Source of the DNA: Candidatus Omnitrophota bacterium | Lineage (GTDB): Bacteria > Omnitrophota > Gorgyraeia > Gygaellales > Profunditerraquicolaceae | DNA length: 64,000 bases | Direction: 5' to 3' | NCBI GenBank assembly: GCA_028716965.1 | Contig: JAQUOV010000009.1 | Span: 22,043-86,042 of the forward strand | Shown here: piece by piece, positions 37,456 to 47,059 of the stretch | Position numbering within the stretch: the stretch's first letter is position 1 | How the letters are laid out: every line of letters starts with the position of its first letter | Notes under the pieces: model-generated | What the model saw: only the letters and a program-made list of their open reading frames with translations | The model's database searches: none | Told to the model about the DNA's origin: nothing | Made by a program: the position numbers and the translations under genes

Positions 37456-38271
37456 TCATTTTAACCCGACATACCCCTGTTCTTCAACTATTTTTTGCCC
37501 CTCTTTGCTCTTTACGAAATCAAGGTATTCCTTGGCCAGGCCCTTCGGCTTTCCGTTGGAATACATAAAAAGCGGGCGAGTCACAGGGTATTCTCCGGAA
37601 AGCACAGTTTCCCTGGAAGGCATGACCCCGTCTATAGAAAGAGGTTTGATCTCCTTCGTCACATAACCCAATCCGACATAACCGATAGCCGACGGTGTCT
37701 GGGAAATAACGGTAGAGACGGCCTGGTTGGATGCCTGCATGAGCGCATCTGATCTGACCTTTTCTTTATCCATAATCAGTTCGCCGAATGCTTCAAAGGT
37801 ACCGCTTGAGGTATCGCGGGAAACAACTACTATCTTTCCCGGATTGCCGCCTAGCTGCGACCAATCGGATACCTTGCCGGTAAACATATCCTTAACCTGC
37901 TCTTTGGATAACTTGGATATCGGGTTTGAATTATTTACTACTACCACTATGCCGTCCATAGCCACAATATGCGCAACCGGGTCCCTGCCGTTTGCGGCTG
38001 CTTTCTGTATCTCGGTATCTTTTATTGCGCGCGATGCATCAGCTATATCACAAGTACCGTCAATCATTGCGGCAATCCCCACGCTTGAGCCTCCGCCGCG
38101 CACCGTAATATCCGCACCCGGATTATTATCCATAAAAACCTCTGCTGTCTTCTGCGCGATAGGCAAGACAGTAGTGGAACCGGCCAAGACGACCTTTTCT
38201 GCAAAACAGGCTGGGGCTGAAACGCTTAGCCCGATTAGGCCTGCTGCCATCAATATTGCAAACTTTTTCAT
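37456..38271 (-). CDS. pstS: Phosphate-binding protein PstS
   Basis: Signal peptide, and the GSTT…GGSS…SRD… periplasmic phosphate-binding-protein motifs. Confidence 0.85.
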   Translation of the reverse strand: MKKFAILMAAGLIGLSVSAPACFAEKVVLAGSTTVLPIAQKTAEVFMDNNPGADITVRGGGSSVGIAAMIDGTCDIADASRAIKDTEIQKAAANGRDPVAHIVAMDGIVVVVNNSNPISKLSKEQVKDMFTGKVSDWSQLGGNPGKIVVVSRDTSSGTFEAFGELIMDKEKVRSDALMQASNQAVSTVISQTPSAIGYVGLGYVTKEIKPLSIDGVMPSRETVLSGEYPVTRPLFMYSNGKPKGLAKEYLDFVKSKEGQKIVEEQGYVGLK

Positions 38272-38302
38272 CTAACTACCTCCGTATTTTATTATCCTAT
38301 CC

Positions 38303-39610
38303 TTAAAACTTCATATTCCAGTCAAACTGGACTAAAGTCTCAGGGGCCTTCCTGGATGCGCTCATTATATTCCAAGAACGGTAAACATCAAGCCCTAAAA
38401 ACGTATTTTTACCTAAGCCAAAGTTAACACTGCACTCATGGCTTCTCATCCCGGTCTTACCGCCGTAACGGTCAGAATCGGGTAGGGCATCAAGCACTGC
38501 GTCTTTTTCAAGCATGGCATAGATATATTTAACCTGCCAATCTCCCCATTTTGAAATTTTATCATTACCGAATTGAAAACCCAGGGAAAAACCGGTGTTT
38601 TGATTGGGCGCGGCAACGTTATCAACATATTCGCCGAATATTTTCAACTTCTCTATGCCTAAACCCAGCGCCTTAAAAGGTTCCTTTATGCTTAATTCCA
38701 GGGCCGGGTTCATCATGTTGTAATTATAGGTATATGTGCTGCTGCCTGCGGTTGTATTTCCGGTGTTGGTAGCTGATGATTTTGAACCCGAGGTTGAACC
38801 CTTAAGGTTGCTGAAATTATACATGGCAAAAGCGCCTTTTAATGAAGTAGAATCGGTGAGCTTCTGGCTTGCTCCTACCTGGACGATATAAGCCATGCAA
38901 GGATCCGAGGTACTTGAGGTATCGTCAACAATAATCAACCCGCCTGTTTTGGCAAATAACGAGGTTGAAGAGTTTAAGCTCTTGCTGAACCCAAGCACTC
39001 CTCCTTCAGGAGTTATATCCGAATCCCAGATCAAATCGGTCGGTTCCCAGAATACATCATTAGGAAGCATTTTACCGCCTACCAGCTCTAACCAAGGCAA
39101 AGCGGAATACTTGGCATAAGCGTAATCCAGCCTGACTTCGATTTTGGATGAATATCCGGATCCGCCGGAGGTACTATTTTTGGTTTTTCCAAACGTAATA
39201 TTTCCGGAACGGGGATCGCCTTCACCGGTAGTTATACCGATTCCTGCCATAAGTTTTTCATTTATCTTAGCTTCCAGGCCAAGGCGCATACGTACACGCC
39301 CGATATTCTCATCTTTCTGGATATTTCCGTCTTGTTTGGTATGTTTATATTGATACCTCAATCTCAGGTCGCCCTTTAACTTGATATTTTGTATCCAGGC
39401 CGGCAGAGAGGCTGATTTACCTATAGCGATCTCTTTCTTCACCTGTTCCTGCGTTTCAATCTTCACCTGCTGCGCTTCAGCGCCGGTCAAGACTCCCTTC
39501 TCTACTAATTTTTGAAGTAAAATATCCACTTCTCCGGCGTGTGACGGCCAAACCCCCAGGCACATCATAAAAAAGCCCGTTAATACAAACAACGACAAAA
39601 ATCTCCTCAT
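38303..39610 (-). CDS. Outer-membrane porin (phosphate-selective OprO/P-like by context)
   Basis: Signal peptide and alternating beta-strand pattern. The C-terminal residue is Phe (…WNMKF). It lies immediately upstream of pstS. Confidence 0.6.
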   Translation of the reverse strand: MRRFLSLFVLTGFFMMCLGVWPSHAGEVDILLQKLVEKGVLTGAEAQQVKIETQEQVKKEIAIGKSASLPAWIQNIKLKGDLRLRYQYKHTKQDGNIQKDENIGRVRMRLGLEAKINEKLMAGIGITTGEGDPRSGNITFGKTKNSTSGGSGYSSKIEVRLDYAYAKYSALPWLELVGGKMLPNDVFWEPTDLIWDSDITPEGGVLGFSKSLNSSTSLFAKTGGLIIVDDTSSTSDPCMAYIVQVGASQKLTDSTSLKGAFAMYNFSNLKGSTSGSKSSATNTGNTTAGSSTYTYNYNMMNPALELSIKEPFKALGLGIEKLKIFGEYVDNVAAPNQNTGFSLGFQFGNDKISKWGDWQVKYIYAMLEKDAVLDALPDSDRYGGKTGMRSHECSVNFGLGKNTFLGLDVYRSWNIMSASRKAPETLVQFDWNMKF

Positions 39611-39627
39611 CTTCTTTTCCTCCTGTT

Positions 39628-39816
39628 CTAATTGTTACGATATAACCTATCTGCCTTACGTGCGTTTGCTCTTATTCTCTCACTTCCACCTCCTTCGCCT
39701 GGCTTGGTTCCAAATATCTGACTGTAGTATTTTATTATCCTTTCAGCCTCCTGCGAGGCCATCCTGTCTAAAAAATTTCTTACCGTGTAAATTATCTTGT
39801 TAAAAAACGCTTTCAT
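39628..39816 (-). CDS. Small ORF (62 aa), translationally coupled to the upstream small ORF
   Basis: Its ATG overlaps the stop of ORF 39813-40019 (ATGA). No family recognised. A weak Pho-box-like repeat lies near its 5' end. Confidence 0.25.
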   Translation of the reverse strand: MKAFFNKIIYTVRNFLDRMASQEAERIIKYYSQIFGTKPGEGGGSERIRANARKADRLYRNN

Positions 39817-40019
39817 CTCTCTACCCCCACAAGCCCGCAGTCCTTTTCTCCGCTATAGCTATATCCGTATGTAAAATTAATATAAGGACTAAACAGCGGG
39901 CAAAGTTCATAAAGAGCCAGGCAGTAGTTTTCTCTTTCAAAAACCGACGGCACCATTAAACCGTCTTCGTAACGGCGGCATGTAGCGTATTTACTCTTTG
40001 AGCTTAAGCAGGGACACAC
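39813..40019 (-). CDS. Small Cys-containing ORF (68 aa) immediately after the orphan receiver gene
   Basis: It starts 4 nt after the stop of the receiver gene. It has 6 Cys and no recognisable family. Confidence 0.25.
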   Translation of the reverse strand: MCPCLSSKSKYATCRRYEDGLMVPSVFERENYCLALYELCPLFSPYINFTYGYSYSGEKDCGLVGVER

Positions 40020-40022
40020 CTT

Positions 40023-40517
40023 TTAATTCCCCCCTTCCGACCAAGATCTGCCTATTGAGCTATGCAGCAAAACAGAGTATTTCTTATCCCGCATAACTGT
40101 CAGCTCTTTAATGATATTTATCAGCTTATTCACGGAAAAAGGCTTGGTAATGTAATAATCTGCCCCTACCATATTCCCATAGACCATATCTTGAGACTCT
40201 GCCCTGGCGGTTAAGATAACTACGAATGTATTAAAAGCTGCCGGGTTTTCCTTGACCGTTTTGCAGATACGGAAACCGTCGATACTTGGCAGCATAATAT
40301 CCAGGACCACCACATCAAAGACCTCCCTGGAAAGCCTTTCCTGCGCTTCAAAACCATCATAGACAGATTCAGTTATAAAGCCGTTCTTGGAAAGATTATA
40401 GGAAACGAGCCTGTTGATGTTTATGTCGTCTTCAACAACCATTATTCTTTTCTCTTTTTTTACTGCCTGCGCTTCCATCATAGGATAAACCTCAAGCAAA
40501 TTGCCGGTAGAAAGCAT
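40023..40517 (-). CDS. Orphan single-domain response regulator (receiver)
   Basis: IMVVEDD…VVLDIMLP…ILTAR…KPF receiver motifs. The probable true start is M13 at about 40481, which has a GAGG RBS. Confidence 0.75.
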   Translation of the reverse strand: MLSTGNLLEVYPMMEAQAVKKEKRIMVVEDDININRLVSYNLSKNGFITESVYDGFEAQERLSREVFDVVVLDIMLPSIDGFRICKTVKENPAAFNTFVVILTARAESQDMVYGNMVGADYYITKPFSVNKLINIIKELTVMRDKKYSVLLHSSIGRSWSEGGN

Positions 40518-40689
40518 CCATCGCCTCTCGTTCTTCGGCGATAATCCTTTTCAAGCAGGCGGCAATTTTTTTTAGTATGTTTTTTATGGCTTCTCTCATA
40601 TTTGCATTAAGTTTACAAAAATCGTGTAACAAAATCCTTAAAAGATTGTGAATTTCTTGTGAACTTAATTTAACCTTGCGATTACGCAT
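40492..40689 (-). CDS. Small helical ORF (65 aa) between the first phoB-like gene and the orphan receiver
   Basis: Its ATG overlaps the stop of the first phoB-like gene (GATGCGTAA). It is basic and helical. It also contains a Pho-box-like direct repeat, so it may be non-coding. Confidence 0.25.
   Translation of the reverse strand: MRNRKVKLSSQEIHNLLRILLHDFCKLNANMREAIKNILKKIAACLKRIIAEEREAMDAFYRQFA
40646..40664 (-). promoter_or_regulatory. Pho-box-like direct repeat TTCACAA-N4-TTCACAA (minus-strand reading)
   Basis: The plus strand reads TTGTGAAtttcTTGTGAA. 11-bp periodicity typical of OmpR/PhoB-family tandem binding. Matches the Bacillus PhoP TT(A/C/T)ACA-N5 consensus. Confidence 0.45.
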
Positions 40690-41398
40690 CGAATTTATAC
40701 CCCTCCCCTTTGACCGTCTTGATCAACCTTGGGTTTTCGGGGTCTCTCTCTATCTTTTCCCTGAGATGCCTTATATGAACATCAATGTTCCCGTATTCAA
40801 CGATATTATCCTCTCCCCAAACCATATCCAGGATCTTGCTGTGGTTTAAGACCCTCCCTGGGTTATTAATGAATAATTTAAGTATTCCCTTTTCCTTTTC
40901 CGTAAAGAATACCTCCTGGTTATTGCGCTTTGCCGCCATGCTCTCCCCATCTATCTCTAAAGAGCCGATCTTAATATTCTTCGTACTAAGGTTCCTATTC
41001 TCGGACCTGGATAAGACCCTTTTTACCCTTACTATCAACTCTCTTGGACTAAACGGCTTGGTAATGTAGTCATCGGCCCCAAGGTCAAAACCCTTGAGCT
41101 TTTCATCAAGCCCGGAAAGGGCGCTGAGCATAATAATCGGTATATTGCTTGTGTGAGGATTTTGCTTTAAGCGCCTGCATACTCCCCAGCCGTCAATCCT
41201 GGGAAGCATGATATCAAGGATAATTAAATCGGGGTTTTGCAGTTCACAGGCTTCCAGAGCTTCGATACCGCTGTTTGCGGAAAGCACATCGTATCCGGAT
41301 ATTGAGAGATTAAAGATAAGCAACTTTACAAGTTCTTTTTCATCATCTACAACTAAAATCTTTCTTTTTGTAACCATATACTCTCCTTTAATTATCAA
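40682..41398 (-). CDS. OmpR/PhoB-family response regulator (first copy, downstream of the kinase)
   Basis: Receiver domain (ILVVDDE…LIILDIMLP) plus winged-helix trans_reg_C (…VHIRHLREKIE…IKTVKGEGYKFD). Confidence 0.85.
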   Translation of the reverse strand: MIIKGEYMVTKRKILVVDDEKELVKLLIFNLSISGYDVLSANSGIEALEACELQNPDLIILDIMLPRIDGWGVCRRLKQNPHTSNIPIIMLSALSGLDEKLKGFDLGADDYITKPFSPRELIVRVKRVLSRSENRNLSTKNIKIGSLEIDGESMAAKRNNQEVFFTEKEKGILKLFINNPGRVLNHSKILDMVWGEDNIVEYGNIDVHIRHLREKIERDPENPRLIKTVKGEGYKFDA

Positions 41399-41438
41399 GG
41401 AAAGTATATAAACCTGAGGTTACAATATCATTAAGATA

Positions 41439-41456
41439 ATGTGAACTTTCTGTGAA
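41439..41456 (-). promoter_or_regulatory. Pho-box-like direct repeat TTCACAG-N4-TTCACAT upstream of the first phoB-like gene
   Basis: The plus strand reads TGTGAActttcTGTGAA. It is followed on the minus strand by TATTGT 11 nt downstream and an AGGAG RBS. Confidence 0.5.
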
Positions 41457-41501
41457 TTATTTAGATAGATTTTAAGGAAACGGGTGGCGCTGCATGTAAG
41501 G

Positions 41502-43277
41502 TTATACCAGCGGGATGGTAAAGCTGAAAGTAGAGCCAAGCCCCGGTTCTGATTTTACCCAGAGCCTGCCTCCGTGGGCGGAGACGATATGCTTGACGAT
41601 GGATAAACCAAGGCCTGTTCCGCCGAGTTCGCGGGAGCGGGCCTTGTCTACGCGGTAGAAGCGTTCAAATATCCTCGGAAGGTCTTTTTCGGAAATACCT
41701 ATGCCGGTATCGACGACATCAACCTGCACATAATTATCAACTAGGCTGGCAATAATGGAAACCGAGCCATTTTCAGGTGTATATTTTATGGCATTGTCCA
41801 AAAGATTTATCATTACCTGGGAAAAACGTGCTTCATCAGCCCTTATTCTGGGGATATTTGATGGGATATCAAGCCTAAACGTAATTGACTTTGCTTTAGC
41901 CTGATTCTCTAGAACGGTTACTGCCCGTTTTATTACCGAAACAGTATCAAGCGGCATAAACAACATCTTCATTTTCCCGGATTCTATCCTTGACAGGTCC
42001 AGAAGGTCATTGATTAAACTGGCCAGGCGATCGGAATCCTGATAAATAATGCTTATGAATTCTTTTAAATTTTCCTTGTCTTCAAGCGCGCCCTCGAGAA
42101 TTGTCTCCGCGTAACCCTTTATGCTTGATATCGGCGTACGCAGTTCATGAGAGACATTTGCTACGAAATCCTGCCTTATCTGCTCAAGGCGCCTTAATTC
42201 GGTAATATCATGAAAGACTAATATTGCCCCTTCAAGCCTGTTATTGCGCATAATCGGCACGCCGTTTACCCTTAAAATCCTCTCTTCGGGGATATTGACG
42301 GATATCTCTTCGGTGGCAAGATGCTGTTTACCTTTAAGGATCTTATCAACCATCTCCGCTACGGCGGCATTCCTGATGATTTCAAGCGGTTTTTTACCTT
42401 CCGGGTTTGAGTCCAAAAGAAATATCTTGCGCAAAGACGGGTTCATCAGGGTAATCCTCTCCTTATCGTCGGTAACAATCACCCCTTCAAACATGCTTGA
42501 GAGGACGAGGTCAAGTTTGGCGCGCTCGGCATCTATCCTGTCTATCTTGTCCTTTATCTGTTCTGACATTGAATTTAAAGACTGCGCAAGCTGGCCGATT
42601 TCATCTCTTGAGCGCATACGCGCCCTCTTTGAAAAATCTCCTTTTGCCATTGCTTCGGCAACAGCCGACATCTCGGTAAGAGGCTGGGATATAAAGACCG
42701 ATGCCAGGAAAGTCAAGCCCAGGCTCAATAAAAGGATACAGATAATGCTTATCGCCACAACATTGCGCATTTTCGCTTCAAGCAGCTCAATGTCGTGCAG
42801 CGGCACGGAAAACCTTAAAACTCCTGATCCCTGGCCGTAGGCAAACGGAATAGCCATATAAAGCATGTATTTTTTAATCGTATAGCTATAACGCTTGCTC
42901 AATCCTAAACCTGCCGCAAAAGCATCTTTGACCTCCGGGCGGCCTGCGTGATTTTCAACCTTAAACAGATGCTCTTTTGTTAATTCACCGTCACCCAGTA
43001 CCTTTCCGTCGGAAGCAATAATCGTTACGCGCAGGCCAAGAGCCTTATCCATACTTAGAGCCAACTCCTGAAAATCAGCAGGGGTTACTTTATCTTTCAG
43101 ATTTGTCTCTAGAAGGTCTTTACCGAGCGCAAGCTGGTGCTTAATATTGTTTTCCAGGTTATTTTCAATATAGGATTTAAGGTGGGAATCCAGATAAAAA
43201 TATCCGGTTGAGACAGCAAGTATAACAACAAGACAAAAAACAAAGGTAAGCTTCCAATGGAGTTTAATCTTCATCAT
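41502..43277 (-). CDS. PhoR-like sensor histidine kinase (TM, periplasmic domain, TM, HAMP, PAS, HisKA, HATPase)
   Basis: H-box SHELRTPI, N-box NLLDNAIKYT, G-boxes DTGIGI and GGTGLGLSIV. It overlaps the upstream regulator gene. Confidence 0.85.
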   Translation of the reverse strand: MMKIKLHWKLTFVFCLVVILAVSTGYFYLDSHLKSYIENNLENNIKHQLALGKDLLETNLKDKVTPADFQELALSMDKALGLRVTIIASDGKVLGDGELTKEHLFKVENHAGRPEVKDAFAAGLGLSKRYSYTIKKYMLYMAIPFAYGQGSGVLRFSVPLHDIELLEAKMRNVVAISIICILLLSLGLTFLASVFISQPLTEMSAVAEAMAKGDFSKRARMRSRDEIGQLAQSLNSMSEQIKDKIDRIDAERAKLDLVLSSMFEGVIVTDDKERITLMNPSLRKIFLLDSNPEGKKPLEIIRNAAVAEMVDKILKGKQHLATEEISVNIPEERILRVNGVPIMRNNRLEGAILVFHDITELRRLEQIRQDFVANVSHELRTPISSIKGYAETILEGALEDKENLKEFISIIYQDSDRLASLINDLLDLSRIESGKMKMLFMPLDTVSVIKRAVTVLENQAKAKSITFRLDIPSNIPRIRADEARFSQVMINLLDNAIKYTPENGSVSIIASLVDNYVQVDVVDTGIGISEKDLPRIFERFYRVDKARSRELGGTGLGLSIVKHIVSAHGGRLWVKSEPGLGSTFSFTIPLV

Positions 43278-43968
43278 CTTCTTTAAATCTATAGCCTAAA
43301 CCCCTGACCGTCTCTATTTGGCTCCCTGCCTTGCCGAGCTTCTCTCTGAGACGTTTTATATGGGTATCAACGGTACGCGTAAATACATCGGCATGCCTGT
43401 CCCAGACATCGGAAAGCAGCTGGTCCCGCGACTGGATGCGGCTTTTTCTTTCAATAAGAGTTACCAACAGTTTGAATTCTATGGGGGTAAGGTAAACCTC
43501 TTTGTTGTTCACCGTAACCCGGTGCCGGGGAATATTGATAACTAGGCTGCCTCTTGCGATAGTCTCTTTCGGATCCTCCTGGGCCTTGCCTCTTTTTAAG
43601 ACCGCTTTTATACGCAGGATCAATTCCCTGGGGCTGAAAGGTTTTACCACATAGTCATCTGCGCCGATCTCCAGGCCTACGATCCTGTCCACCTCTTCGC
43701 CCTTGGCAGTAAGCATTATAACGGGAATGCTATTTAGTTTTGGATTTTGCTTGATCAGGCGGCATACTTCAAAGCCATCCATCTTTGGAAGCATAATATC
43801 CAGGATGATTAAGTCTACGCCCTGCTTGCCTAAAACATTCAACGCCTCTTCGCCGTCATCCGCAACCGTACAATCATAACCGGCTTTCTCTACGTTGTAT
43901 TTTACAAGCTTGGATATGTGCTTGTCATCTTCAATTATAAGTATATGCTCCCTTTGCATAAACAGCAC
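43264..43968 (-). CDS. OmpR/PhoB-family response regulator (second copy, upstream of the kinase)
   Basis: Receiver domain (ILIIEDD…LIILDIMLP) plus a winged-helix C-terminal domain. Confidence 0.85.
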   Translation of the reverse strand: MLFMQREHILIIEDDKHISKLVKYNVEKAGYDCTVADDGEEALNVLGKQGVDLIILDIMLPKMDGFEVCRLIKQNPKLNSIPVIMLTAKGEEVDRIVGLEIGADDYVVKPFSPRELILRIKAVLKRGKAQEDPKETIARGSLVINIPRHRVTVNNKEVYLTPIEFKLLVTLIERKSRIQSRDQLLSDVWDRHADVFTRTVDTHIKRLREKLGKAGSQIETVRGLGYRFKEDDED

Positions 43969-43982
43969 CTCTTTATGTTCTC

Positions 43983-44010
43983 ATTTTAGCACCTCCCGTA
44001 ATAATCTCAA
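43983..44010 (-). promoter_or_regulatory. Sigma70-like promoter TTGAGA-16-TAAAAT upstream of the phoB-like/phoR-like pair
   Basis: Read on the minus strand. It is followed by an AGAGGTG RBS. Confidence 0.35.
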
Positions 44011-44023
44011 GTAATATAAAACT

Positions 44024-44114
44024 AGGCTGATAATCAGAACGTAGCGCATATCAGCCTGAAAAATATCATTAATCTAAATAATAGGGCAGGCTACTTTAAA
44101 CAAATAGCCTGCCC
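44024..44114 (-). terminator. Two tandem hairpins downstream of glnK (GGGCAGGCUA…UAGCCUGCCC with 9-bp stem and U-rich tail; AGGCUGAUA…UAUCAGCCU with 9-bp stem)
   Basis: Perfect inverted repeats at 44084-44114 and 44024-44057. The first is followed on the minus strand by a U-rich stretch. Confidence 0.5.
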
Positions 44115-44137
44115 TAAGATTGGACGGTAAGAATTTT

Positions 44138-44491
<354 letters not shown>

Positions 44492-44548
44492 TTAACTCTC
44501 CCCCGGCACCCTTATAAAGGCACCCGGGAGAGTTAAAAGAAAATATTG

Positions 44549-45907
44549 TTAATTGCTGTGTGAATAGAAATTCGGATACGCCGGTGTACCATGCTCCGGG
44601 ATATCCAATCCTTTCAACTCCTCTTCCGGAGTAACCCGTATACCGAAATATTTATCCATGGCCTTAAACACCACTAACCCCAGCAGTAAGGCCCAACTGA
44701 CGCAGACTACGGCGCCGATAACCTGCGCGATCAACTGCCCGGCTCCGCCGCCATATAATAAACCTCTGACCAACGGTCCTTCGGTAGTGCCCAGGCCATA
44801 TGTGCCATCTGCAAAGAGCCCTACGCTGATTAACCCCCAGACACCGTTTATCCCGTGGACGCTCACCGCCCCGACCGGATCATCTACTCCTCTTGCTTCC
44901 CAGAAATAAACACTCAACACAACCAGGGCTCCTGCAACCGCGCCGATTACAACCGCTGCCCATGCTTCAATCCAGGCACAAGGAGCAGTAACGGCAACAA
45001 GGCCTGCAAGGCAGCCGTTTAACATCATGCCTACATCCCATTTCTTGGTCTTCTTGAATACCAAAAGGATCGCTACCGCAGCGCCGGCAGCAGCAGCCAG
45101 ATTGGTATTTACGGCGATAACGGCGATCCTTAACTGGTGCGCCGAAAAAGTAGAACCCGGATTAAAACCAAACCAGCCAAACCACAAGATGAATGTACCT
45201 AACGCGGCTAAAGTAATGCTGTGTCCGGGTATGGCTTTTGGCTTACCGTCTTTACCGAACTTGCCGAACCTTGGCCCTAACACAATAGCGCCGGCCAAAC
45301 CTACAAAACCGCCGATAGTATGCACTACTCCCGAGCCTGCAAAATCAATATGCCCTAATCCGAAAGGTATCTTTGATAACCAGCCTCCACCCCATACCCA
45401 ATGCCCGTATATAGGGTAGATTATAGCAGTGACAGCCAGGCTGTAGAGAAAATAAGCTTTAAATTTAAGGCGTTCAGCAATGGCTCCGGAAACAATGGTA
45501 GCGGCTGTGCCGGCAAATACCAGCTGCCAGAAGAAAACCAGGTACCTGCCTACATCATAATTTGAACCGTGCAAAAACCATCCCGTAGTCCCGATAAGCC
45601 CATGGTAATCGTCCCCCATCATGAAAGCAAAACCAAAAGCCATAAAGATCAAAGAAGCAACCGTAAAATCAATAGTATTCTTTGCCATAAGGTTAGTGGC
45701 ATTCTTGGCCCTGCAAAAACCCGCCTCCACCATAGCAAAACCTGCCTGCATGAAAAACACTAAGAACCCGCATACCAGGACCCATACATAATCAACCGGG
45801 GCTTGCAGGTTTTCTGCAAGCGTGGCGGCTCCGCCGGGGTCCTGAGCAAAACAAACGGAAGCCAGCCCCAGTAATGCCGCAACGAATAAACCGATAACTC
45901 TAAACAT
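44549..45907 (-). CDS. amtB: Ammonium transporter Amt
   Basis: 452 aa with 11 TM helices and Amt signature regions. It lies immediately upstream of glnK. Confidence 0.9.
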   Translation of the reverse strand: MFRVIGLFVAALLGLASVCFAQDPGGAATLAENLQAPVDYVWVLVCGFLVFFMQAGFAMVEAGFCRAKNATNLMAKNTIDFTVASLIFMAFGFAFMMGDDYHGLIGTTGWFLHGSNYDVGRYLVFFWQLVFAGTAATIVSGAIAERLKFKAYFLYSLAVTAIIYPIYGHWVWGGGWLSKIPFGLGHIDFAGSGVVHTIGGFVGLAGAIVLGPRFGKFGKDGKPKAIPGHSITLAALGTFILWFGWFGFNPGSTFSAHQLRIAVIAVNTNLAAAAGAAVAILLVFKKTKKWDVGMMLNGCLAGLVAVTAPCAWIEAWAAVVIGAVAGALVVLSVYFWEARGVDDPVGAVSVHGINGVWGLISVGLFADGTYGLGTTEGPLVRGLLYGGGAGQLIAQVIGAVVCVSWALLLGLVVFKAMDKYFGIRVTPEEELKGLDIPEHGTPAYPNFYSHSN

Positions 45908-45925
45908 AGGAATAACCCCCTTTCA

Positions 45926-46768
45926 TTAGAATGCGTAGCTTAAGTACATGCCGCTATAGAACCTGTTCTTCTGATTACCATTATTCTTATCGCTTAAATT
46001 ACCCCAGGGCACGGAATAACTTATGTTAGGTTTACAGGAAAGCCCCTTGAGCAAAGGGATAGTAACCCCTGCAGTAATCCCCGCATCCCCGCCTTTGCCT
46101 CTATAGTAAAGCTTGTTATTGTAACCGGCGTGCCCGGATAAATCCAGGCTCATTGAAATATCCTTGACCGTAAACGGTTTGCTGTATGAAAGGTTCAGAA
46201 CAGTATAGCTACCCTCTCCTCCGCCGTCATCTTTTTTGCCATAATCGTAATAATAGTATACCGAAGGGCAAAGGAAGACTTTAGATAAAGTAAATCCGGC
46301 GTAAAACTCGCGGCTAAAACCTTTAGGTGCCCCATCCGAAGGAACTGCATCGGGGAATTCATAATAGGTATGCCCCAATGAAAGATCAACCGATGGGAAG
46401 CTATAAGTATAATCAATAATATAATCTGTTTCACTTGATCTTAACGCGTCCTTATTCTCTAAATCGTGGCTGACCCATATGCCGGCCTTGATCCTGCCGA
46501 ATTTTGATTCGGGGGTGCTCACATAAAACCCCGGCTGGATAACCGGATCGCCGTCAAGCATGATCCCGCGCCACATGTAAATTGAGCTGAAATTCAAATC
46601 TCCGGAAACCTCAAAATTAAGCTTTGACAAGATCCCCTCATCCTCAGAATAGGCAGCCTGACAAAAGATTACCGAAAACATCATGCATAACATCAAAAAC
46701 CCAGAAAACATTCTCTTTGCCATCCTTGACTCCTTTCTTATAAAGCCATCGCGGCTTATCGCCTGCAT
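45926..46768 (-). CDS. Outer-membrane beta-barrel protein (putative porin), co-transcribed with amtB-glnK
   Basis: Signal peptide, Gly/Tyr-rich amphipathic strands, C-terminal …YLSYAF. It lies 18 nt upstream of amtB. Confidence 0.5.
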   Translation of the reverse strand: MQAISRDGFIRKESRMAKRMFSGFLMLCMMFSVIFCQAAYSEDEGILSKLNFEVSGDLNFSSIYMWRGIMLDGDPVIQPGFYVSTPESKFGRIKAGIWVSHDLENKDALRSSETDYIIDYTYSFPSVDLSLGHTYYEFPDAVPSDGAPKGFSREFYAGFTLSKVFLCPSVYYYYDYGKKDDGGGEGSYTVLNLSYSKPFTVKDISMSLDLSGHAGYNNKLYYRGKGGDAGITAGVTIPLLKGLSCKPNISYSVPWGNLSDKNNGNQKNRFYSGMYLSYAF

Positions 46769-46846
46769 TTATCTGCCAATAAAAAAAACGTCAATCAAAC
46801 CGCCATCGGTTCAAGAGACGTCCGTGTCTAATTACTATTATAATTG

Positions 46847-46875
46847 ATCAAAAAAATGGCGCTCCTTTAAGGAAC
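46847..46875 (-). terminator. Intrinsic terminator downstream of the methyltransferase gene (GGCGUUCC-UUAAA-GGAGCGCC plus U7)
   Basis: 8-bp stem including one G-U pair, then AUUUUUUUG on the minus strand. Confidence 0.6.
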
Positions 46876-47059
46876 GCCTGTGTCTTTTACGCTTCTATGC
46901 GTTGTTACATATATACAAGTAAAGTTCTTGCCTTTTTGGTAACCTAAAAATCAATAAAGTTGCGGCGTTTCTACCGTATCCTCCTCATAAGCCTGGCTAC
47001 CGTCACATGGGAGACGCCTATCTTCTTACCTAAAACCTGCAACTCTACGGCAACAGGGC

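Noticed and set aside
42244-42840. 198-aa plus-strand ORF antisense to the PhoR-like kinase
   Set aside because: Low-complexity Ser-rich translation, entirely inside a well-supported kinase gene on the opposite strand.
46769-46846. Possible sigma54 (-24/-12) promoter TGGCAG-N-TGCA upstream of the outer-membrane gene and amtB-glnK operon
   Set aside because: The GG to GC spacing is one nucleotide short of the strict sigma54 geometry, and no enhancer-binding-protein gene or upstream activator sequence is evident.
46880-47059. Possible tRNA or structured ncRNA in the region downstream of the methyltransferase gene
   Set aside because: No T-loop (GTTCRANYC) or cloverleaf could be built. The only convincing structure is the intrinsic terminator at 46847-46875.
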